NCBI GenBank assembly: GCA_051362555.1
Contig: CM120641.1
Coordinates: forward strand, 25,178,401 to 25,242,400
Reading direction: 5' to 3'
Length of the DNA: 64,000 bases
Source of the DNA: Lingula anatina
Lineage: Eukaryota > Animalia > Brachiopoda
Shown: positions 27,601-38,000 of the stretch, piece after piece
Position numbering within the stretch: position 1 is the first letter of the stretch
Layout of the letters: every line of letters begins with the position of its first letter
Translations under genes and position numbers: made by a program
The notes under the pieces: generated by a model
Told to the model about the DNA's origin: nothing
Databases searched by the model: none
Seen by the model: only the letters and a program-made list of their open reading frames with translations

Positions 27601-30600
27601 TTTAATTGTCTGTGATTGAAAACGATGAAAATACGCATGAAAACATTTAAAAATCAAATAATTTGGCCTCTTGCTACAATTTTGTTTTTGTTTCAGTTTG
27701 ACAAAATTTTCATACTTGTCTCACCTATTTAACACTTAAAAGGTTTTAATTACAGAGGAAAGGTCGTAGTTGTGGCCGCCCGCCTTACCGAACAATTGAA
27801 CAGTAACACCTGATGCCTTATCAGGTAGGCCTACCAAACGATTTAATCAGTTCACCGACGAACGATCTGCGTGTCAGTTTTACCTGTATACACAGTAGCT
27901 ACGAGTCAAACAATGCAGAAAATCTTTTCATTTTATCACTTTAAAAATCTCTTAAGATATCCTTCAATCAAGACATAAATATCGTAATGAATTGACACTG
28001 CCGGTACATGAAGTGATATCGCCACAGCTTGCATATATTTATGTACAAAATTGTGAAGACGTAGGCCTGCGCACCTGTCCACACTCTTGAAAGCTGTGTA
28101 CGAGTCTACTGGCTTTTTTGATTTTATATATAAAAAATAACGAGTCTCTTTCGCATATCTTTATTATCGGAAGCATTTAAAAGAACTCCGAAGCTTTAGT
28201 TCGTCATCACTATTGAAAGTACAGCCAAGGCTCGGACGCTTATGCGAAGTCTAGTTGTAAAGTGCATCGTATTTAAACTAAGAAAGAAAATATTTAATTG
28301 CTTGATTCTCCGTCCTAATAGCTGTTTCTTGCCTACAGTTTATGCATTTCTGTGCTTCAGTCACCTTTTTAGTTTGACAGAAAGCAATGCACGCTTCATA
28401 CGACCTTTTTATATGCGCACCTTGTACATCATCTACACCTAGCATTGCCATGCTGGAAACAGCAGAGGACCACTATGACCCCTGTGGTGCGCGGTTCCTG
28501 TCATGCGCACTTCGTATTTCCGCAAAAGATGAAAAAGGTCTATTAGTAGTCTACTGCAGGACTGAGATCGTGTTTTGTCACGGAGTACTGTGACCATACT
28601 AACATGTGCATATTTGGGCATTCATTTTGAAGCACTGTGGTCAAACCAAAAACTTGCATTTCCTTTTTTTTTTGGCTTGTATATATACATTTCAAGCATC
28701 TTTAAATTATTTATTTTATAACACATGATGTTGAATGTTCAGACAGATCTATGTATGCATATATGTGTAGTGATGCAGAAAATGTTGAGGGATTCAGTCT
28801 GTACATAATATATCTGTCTGTATATGTAGAGGCTAGAACTACTTCAAATGGGCACAGCTTTGAAGTTGTTTAACAATTCACTGAAAATTAAGTACCAGTT
28901 TCAATGCTCTGTCAATCATAGGCTGCAATACTGATTTTCAGGTGGTAATAAGAGCCAGGGACCCTGTTTTGGAAGAGGTCGATGATCATCTTGATTTCTA
29001 TGGCAGCGATCTTGATGTGATCATAACAATTGTACAACCAAATAAAAACTTATTTCCTCCAAAATTTCAAAGTAAGTATAGGAGTATGCAAGTACTGTAT
29101 TAAGGTGTGCTCCTGGGAACCTATAAAAGTTGAGAACTAAAACAGTATTTGAATCATGATAAAGATACCAAAAGAAAACTTTACTTTAAGCTCTGGTATG
29201 AATTGAACAATTTTAAGATTGGTTTCCTTTAAACGTTAAAAGATTTGGAACACAGCTTGCTGTAAAGAGTTATAATTTTTATTCAAAACCACACAAAAAT
29301 ATGCACACATGCATTTCAAATCTTGGTCAGGTGAACCACTAATCTCTATGGAATGTGACATACAGTTTATTTTGTTTATGTCAATTGAAAGTTGGTCCTT
29401 TTTATGTTTTAGCTTTTGACGGAAAGAACATTTCCGACACAATAAATGAAGAACCAAAAGCTGTGTACTACAATGGGATAATAGGATCCATACATGTGCA
29501 TGCCACAGATGGCGATGACCCTAGCAAGCCCCAAGGGCAGCTTGTGTATTCCTTGGAATACAACTGCCATAAATTAAAATATCTTGACCAGTCCTTTGTG
29601 TGGGTGAGTTTATTGGTCTTATGAGAACCTTTTTGATGGTTTGAGAGAAAGTATAACTTTACTCCTCCCTGTCCCTCCAGCTGCATGCTTGAGGAAATAA
29701 TAATAAACACAGTTGTCTGTCCATTTTTATGTACAGACACAGATGTGTCTGTACATATAGCCATCATCTGCGTCTGTCGTCGCCGTCGTGCACTTTCACC
29801 GATAACACGATAAGTGAAGAACCGTTTTATCTTTTGGCTTGAAACCTGCAAAACCGATGAATATTCATAATACGCAGGTCAAGTTCGAAAATCAGCATGA
29901 TTGGGTGACTTGTAGGGAAGTTATGCTGTTTTTTCATTTTTTTCAGCATATATGCAGCACCGATAACACGATAAGTGGAAAACCATTTTTATTTTTTGGC
30001 TTGAAACTTACAAAACTGATGAATATTCATAATCTGCAGGTCAAGTTCGAAAATCAGCATGATCGGGCCATTTTTAGGGGAGTTATGCTGTTTTTTCACT
30101 TTTTTCAACATATATGCAACACTGATAACACAATATTAGAAAAACAGATTGGCCAATTGTCATCATACTCACAGGAGTGGTCAATCTTACTAAAATGCAG
30201 GTTGAGTTCGAAAATCAGCATAATCGGGCCATTATTTTAGAAGTTATGCTGTTTTTTCACATTTCCTCTTGATTCAATTCTTAGGCATGTTATCAGTCTC
30301 ATTATTTAACTAATAAGATACGTAAAAGTGTTCGTTTGATATTTCCTGCATCTTTACAACATTGTTAGTTGATTATGTAAAAATGATGGTAAACTTGTTA
30401 TCGTGTATTGTGTAATAAAGTGTCAAAAATGGAAATAAACTCATATCATTGCAGTTTGTTAGATTCAATCATCCACTATGTTCAGAATCTCAGAATGGAG
30501 GGAATTGGACATTTAACACTGTTCTATTGATATTTTTCCCATCTCATCAATTTTCTTAGTTGGTCATATAAAATTGGCAGTAAACTGTTTATTTTGTTTT

Positions 30601-31996
30601 ATGTTAAAAAAGTGTTAAAAATGGAAATAAACCCATTTCAGAACAGTGCTGTCTTGTTTACATTTTGGCATTGTTAAGATGTGACTTTCAAGTTCCATGT
30701 GCCTGAAGAACTTTGCTAGTCACATTTTCTGAATATCCATGATACTAATATTTTATGATTAAAAATTGATGGTCATTATGCGGTTAAACATAATGTAATA
30801 TTGCATCAAAATTTGAAGAAACCCCTATTTTGGGCACTGCTCCCATGATGACCATTTAAAGAAAATCATGTCACTTACTGTTCTCAAACTTACAGGAAAG
30901 AAACATGGGACTAAAATACAGCTTCAGTAGGCAATGCAGTCTGTTTGGTAATTTTTTCTGGCAGTTAAACAGATTTTTGTGAAAATTTAATTTTTCACAT
31001 ATTGGCATTTTTAAGGTGTGACTTTGAAGTTCCATGATCCTGAAGACCTTTGGTTGTCACGTTTTCTGAATGTCCATGTTACTAATATTCTATTATTAAA
31101 AATTGATGGTCATTATGCTGTTAAGCATTATGTAATGTTGCATCAAAATAGAAGAAAACACAATATTTGGTGCTGCTGCCATGATGACCATTATGGGAAA
31201 CCGTGTTACTTATGACTGTCAAACCTTTAAAAAAGAAACAATGGACTAAAATGCAGCCTTAGTTGGAAAAGCAGTCTAATTGGCTTCTTTTTCTGGAAGT
31301 TATACATTTGAGTGAAATATTCATTATCTCTTTGGTATATTCATTGTGGGACTCGGAACTCCCATGGACATAAAGCCGAATGGTAATCAAATTTTGTACA
31401 TGTCCTTGCTATTTATAGTCAATAATCAAAAATTGGTGATAATTATTCTATAATTTATTATGTAATGTTAAATCAAAATTGACAAAAATCTTTTTGCACT
31501 GCTACTGCAAACATTATGAAAAGAAAACTGTGTTACTTATTATTATTTTTAACAGACAAGTATGATTTTTAGGATTGGCATGCAGTTCAAATTAGAAAGC
31601 CAGGTCAATTGGTCAATTCTTTTATTATTGAATTTATGCAATTTTGTGTGAAATTTTCATTTTTCTCATTCTGGCACTTTCAAAGTATAAACTTGAACTC
31701 TGATGGGCGTGAAGCCTTATGCTTTTATTTTCGTCGGTGTTACCTGTTGTGCGTACTTAAAAATTGATCTTAACTGTGCAGTTAAACATAATGTATTATT
31801 GCATCAGAATTGGTAGTCTCCTATTTTGTGCATTATTGTTTTGTGCTTTTCTTAAGATGTGACTTATGGGCCTGAAAGACCTTTGAGAGGGTCAGTCTGT
31901 AAATTTCCCTTGGGTATCACTTAGCTAATTTCAGAGTTATAAAGTCATTTGCCTAATTAATAGGCCATTAAATGAGATTACATAAAGCACACTTGT

Positions 31997-32086
<90 letters not shown>

Positions 32087-35000
32087 AACTCGAAGATTAA
32101 AAGTTTGAATAGCAGCTTCATTGGAATTATATTTACCTCAGGCTCTGCCAAGGAGGTTATATTTTCACCCCTGTTTGTCTGTCATCAACATAACTCAAAA
32201 GTTATGGACTGATTTTGCTGAAATTTTCAGGAACTGTCAGAAGTGGGCCAAAGAGGACAATGATTAGTTTTTAGTGGTGGTCTGGCTCAATAATCAATCA
32301 ATAATCAATAATAATCAACAATTGCTGCCTTGGCAGAGGTCTGCACTCTCGGAGTGCTTTTCTAGTTTTGTTTATGTTTTCCTTTATAATTTTTTCTCAA
32401 ACATTTGGATTTGTGACTTTTAACTCTCATCCGCCTGAGGCTCTGCACATTTTCTATATTTCCACATAAGCAGTTGTATTGTTTTTTATGTCTTTAAATA
32501 TTATGTAATATTATTTTATGCACTATCATCATTTTTCAAATATTGAGACTTTCATCATGTGACTTTGGTCTCTCATGGTCCTGAAACTGTAATTTTATTG
32601 AAGGGGTGGATTGAGACCATCTTCTGGGTCTTCCGGAAGCCAGTCAGGTTATTTAGTTTATATTGACTGGTATCTTTTTTTCTGTTGGAAGACCATCAAA
32701 ATGGAGGATGGATCAACATAGATACTTTGGAATACTGTCAGAAAATATCTCTGGGTCCGCTCCTGTTATTGACCATATTACCTGTTGTGCATGATTAAAA
32801 TTCAGTGCTATTATAAGCATTATTTATTATTGCATCAAAATTGACAAAATGACCTTTTTTGCATCTTTATTTTCTGTTTTTTGTCTGTACATTTGACAGC
32901 TTTGCTGCCTTGTTTAGTAATTACATTGATTATGGTCCATTCTCTGCCTTTTACACATGCCTTTTCAACCTCTCCTATAAGTTTGCTCATGCATTGATCT
33001 TTAAGGATAATTCCCTTTTATATGAACTAATGAGTTTATTTGAAAATGGCAACTTAATTATAACATTGAAGAAGTGCTGATACAGTAATATGTATTGATA
33101 GTTGTATAAGAAAACTACTTGAAACTGTTAACTGCATAAAACACCTCAACCACACCATCCTGACCCACTTTACATACCCCATGTCACCTCACACAGCCTC
33201 ACCCTGCCCAACTTAACCCTCCCAAAACAGCCTGTCCTCACAGTCCACCTTGTCCAAGCTCATTTCAGCACATCCAACTCACCATAATACACCTCATCTC
33301 ACCCATCCCACCTTACCCCACCTTACAACTGCATCTTATCTCAACCCACTCTGATCACCCTCCTCCTTCTTGTCCCACCCATCCTATATCACTCATCCCA
33401 CCCTACTCTACCATACCTCAGCCCATCCTAACCCACCAGACTCCATCTTATATATACCACTCATCCCACCCTAATCTACTATACCTCAACCCACCTTGAC
33501 CCACCATACCCATCCTGTCCTATCCATCCTTTGTCATGTATCCCACTCCACTGTACTAAGCTCAACCCACCCTGATCCACCATACCCCATCCTGTCCCAC
33601 CCATCCTATGCCACACATCCCACCCTACTCTACTGCTTTCAACCCACTCAAAAAAAAAAAAAAGATGGAATCACTTTTGATCATGAGTAACACATGGATG
33701 ATAGATGGAATATTTTATTTTAGAACATCACTCAGAATGCCAGTAATGGTACCATCCAACACCATGGCAATATAACTGACCTTCCTGTGATGTGTTATTT
33801 AAATCTGAATGTGAGGGACAATGGAGTGGTGGTTAAATATTCAAGGTAACACATCATCTTAAGAGATCATATATTATTTCCACTTGGCTGATAATGTATT
33901 AGATAAGCTCTTCTGGTGGAAAGGAAGTTTTCCTTTCAGTAATATTGTATGTCTTCATTTGTACAGGGTTTAAGGGGGGATGTACCCAGATAGGGTTTAA
34001 AATCACATTTTTATAGATCAAATCAATAGTAAGTCTTTTAAGAAAAATCCCCAAACCCCTTTTGTAGTACTTTGTTCAAGTGTTATAATATCACTAAAAG
34101 CATGTTTATAGCTGTCCAGGTGCCTGAGAAAATCAGGAAACCGAAAATGTCTTTGTGCCAAAAATCCCAATATTACATCACACAATGAACTTGTGTTTCA
34201 AGCTTAATTACATTACATGTTTTGATGATGCACGGAATGAATGCAACAGGAATAAAAAAGCTAAGACCTTTAATTTAAGAAAAAATTTCTAACCTACAGT
34301 CCTACCTTAATTGGCTGCATGTGTAATTCTAGTACAAATTTCAAGCTACAGGGAATGATGAGTATCTTGCTGTTTTTTTTTAATTAGTAAAATTTTTATG
34401 TCAAACACCATTGTTTTTTCAACACACTTTATGTTGAACTGCATATTCACATATGCAGTTCATTAAAAAAACTCCCCAGTGCTGGCAACAGTAAATATGC
34501 CGTTGCTGTGTTTACATACATGTACTGTCCAGTGCCATTTGTAACAATTCATGCCTCCATCACAAGAATTACCTGCTCTTAGTTCTTTGTTTACTGCTGG
34601 CTTTCGAAATAAGTGTGACGGGAATTAGATTATGAAAAAGTGATTTATTTGGACCCTTGTTAAGGCATTAAGAGGTCAAGGTGGCAGCGAGAAGTCAACA
34701 TAGAAGTCTTGGAGTGAGAAATGTCTAAAAAAATTCAGACTTGGGGGAAGAGTCCTTAATAGATTTTGATAAGTCATGTAGCAGTGACTCTGAGACAGCA
34801 AAGATGATGTACCTCTGGCTATGAGTCATCAGAGAGCATCCATCCTCTGACTTGGAGCTTGATTAATAGAAAATGCTTATGTTATCTAGTCTAACAAAAG
34901 TAAACCACTGAAACACATATTTCCATAGCTACCATTATGTATGCCTGAATAAACTTAATTAAATTAATTTCCTGTGTGGTACAATACCTGGCGGCGGTAT

Positions 35001-38000
35001 CACTGCATTGATCCTCTAGTTTCATATGGTCATTGAATCTTTATCTGGTATATCCAATATGTATTTCTTTTTTTCAAATTAGGAAGACCATTCCACTGCT
35101 CATCTATGAAGAACCAGGACCATCTACGACAACTGAAGCACCCACGACCACAGAGGGTGACACAGTACGCAATTCAACCTGCCCATCCAGTAATAGTTCT
35201 GATACATATACTGGTACTTATAGTCCCCAGCAGGGTGTGAATATGGCTGCAGGTATGAACAACCATCTGATTGTCGATTTTATCCTCTTTTTTGTTATCT
35301 AATGAATTAAGGGCTTAAAAGAATATCTTATATGGGACAGTAAGTACATACAGTGTACATGTACTAGTATAATCAACTGCAGCAATTCTGCTATATTGGG
35401 CCCAGTTGCCAACAGTAGCTGGAAATATTTGTGGTGAAAAATGTTATTCTTTTTATACATAATGAATATTTAAACAGGCATTGGGAATGTGTAAAACTTA
35501 TGCACAAGGAAAGTTGAAAGCCATTAAAATGTGTACAGAAGTTATATCAAGTGAAGTCAATAAAGAATAACATAATTTGCATTGAACTGGATTGGTTTTA
35601 TATCAACTTTATTGGTAATTAAAACCATCAATGAAATACTATTATGTTGTGTGAATACTGTATCTTGCAAATGGGCCATGTCTAAACTTATTTCTATTTC
35701 TTTCTAAACAAATTTAACATGGAATGGCATTTCACAAATGTAAAAATTACCAATTTTCTCTAAGACTAAAAAATTAAACATGAAAAAATAGCTTAAAATG
35801 TCAGTGTGAAACTTTTTCAAGCTGCAAATGAGTTCAAGCTCTCTCTATATAATTAATGTTTCATACTAATATAAAAACAATGCTTGTTCAGTGCCTTGCT
35901 TGTTATGTTGCATGACTAAGGTGTAGCTTATATTCAAAATCTAAAAATTTCAATGATTTTTTTCAGTTGGTACTTTGGCAGCTGTAAATGGTATACTCAT
36001 TATTTTGCTGATCCTAAGTTATTGGTGAGTTTATACTCTGCTGTTGTGTAGATTTATCTTATACAATAATTGACTATGGCTTGTAAAGCACTCCAGGTTG
36101 ATAAAATATCTTATTTTAGGTCAGCAAAACAAATTTGACCAGTATTGTCCAAAAGTCAGAGTTGATATATTTAATAATATTAATTCTTTTATGGTCATTT
36201 TACAGTGTACATTTAGGTATTCTATGCATATATGTGATGCAAATAACAAAATAGATAAAACCAATTTTCTCTTGGCATCACAACAATGGGATGACCTAAC
36301 ATTGCCTCAAAATTTAGTATCAAGTATGCACAACTGATTGTGACGTCACAGAACTATGGGGTTAGGGCATTGCATGCTGGTTGCCATATTATGCAACAAT
36401 GGGGTAGGGGTATCAAAATATATTTGCCTTTCTTATTTTTGGCAGAGAATATGCAGACCAAATAAAATCCATGTACATTATATAATATGAAAAATTTACA
36501 ACAACTGGTATTATATAAAGGCATTTTAGCAAATTTTGGCTAAGGAGGTATATACCCTTGACAGGTTTTGTATCTAATCAAATGTTTTCATTTAAAATTA
36601 TTTCCTAATTAAGAGTTCACATCAAAGGATGAAGGTTAAGTATAATTTCATTATTTTAGGAAAACATTGAAGAAATGCAAGAAACCCAGCTTCAAACTAA
36701 AGCGTGAAACCACATTCACTCCATCTGAAGGGGACACTGGATATGATGTTAATGTAAAAAGATCACAAATATACTTATTTATTCATCTATTTATCTTTCT
36801 TTGTTTTTTTATTTGTTTTTTCATTTATGTTTATATTTATTTATCTTTAAATGCAACAAATTTAATATTAATTGAAGGGCACTTAAAATTTAGTTATCCA
36901 TAATTATCATTTTGATTAATCCAAATGTGCTCAAGCTGTAAAAATGTATATATGGCAGACATAAATTTCTTTTACTATATTGAGAGCATGCACACATATT
37001 TAGTTTTTACTCAAAATCAATTATTGGTATTTATTTCAGAGCATGTTCCCTAGCGGTGATTATAGCTATATCAAAGAGTGAGTATTTTTCATCTTTATCT
37101 TCGTCTTCATGTAGAATGATCCAGCTTTGTTGGGACTTCAGTTAAGCTGATTGCACTCAGCATGAGTCCCCAGAGAGTTGGATCATTTTACATAGACTAA
37201 AAGTAGTTATGGGCCTTAATCACTGCCTTCCTTCTTTTGTTGTTGAGTTGTAGTCTACTTCCTCTTTTGACATATACACTGACACACTCACAGGCACATG
37301 CATATGTTACTATTACTTTACAGTATGTAACTACCGGGTATATACTAGTACTGTACGTACTAATTATATACACACACACATGCACTCTCTAGAATATACA
37401 TATGCATATGCAGGACATGCATAATTGCATCTTAATGTATATACATACACAGAGAAAAAGATAAGTGTACATTCTTGCTGTGTGTATAATGTACTGGAGG
37501 CCCCCTTGCCTGGCTACATTATAAACACCACCATGATAGAGGTATGTCCCAGTCCATCAGATATAATGATGTGTCAATCAAAGTGTTGCAATGGGAACTT
37601 TTTATTATCACTGTTTTTCCATTTTTCCTCAGCAAAATAAAGCAGTACATGGGTGTTACACTGTGATCTCAGGTCTTGTGTACGGTATGATGAAGCATGC
37701 AAGAGAAAATGTACTGATGATAGTTAAACAAGATGTCATCAAAATTCATGATAAAATTATTTTTCTTATTTTCAGTGTGGCACCAAATCCACCTCCAAGA
37801 CCCCAATTCACATTACCAAAGCTGAAAAATCCTCCAGGTGGTAAAGGCATCCCTCTGCAGACTGATGACGGTGATGTCAACAAAAGCTACCTTAGTCTAA
37901 GAGCTCCAGACAGTAGTGCTGAGGGTTACAAACACCTTCTTTCTAAACCAAAACACTCTGTTTATGCTGATAGATATGGAGCTGATGAAGCTGGCAGTCC

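Larger units (their letters stand above)
29724..32913 (+). mobile_element. HINE-like family A, longest copy (~3.2 kb) with three ~161-bp tandem units and nested elements
   Basis: Same termini as 4294-5440; GATAACAC anchors at 29801, 29962, 30124. Confidence 0.8.

Noticed and set aside
29839-30240. 133-aa ORF with internal repeat
   Set aside because: Chance frame through the 161-bp tandem units of element A; the frame is not kept in other copies.
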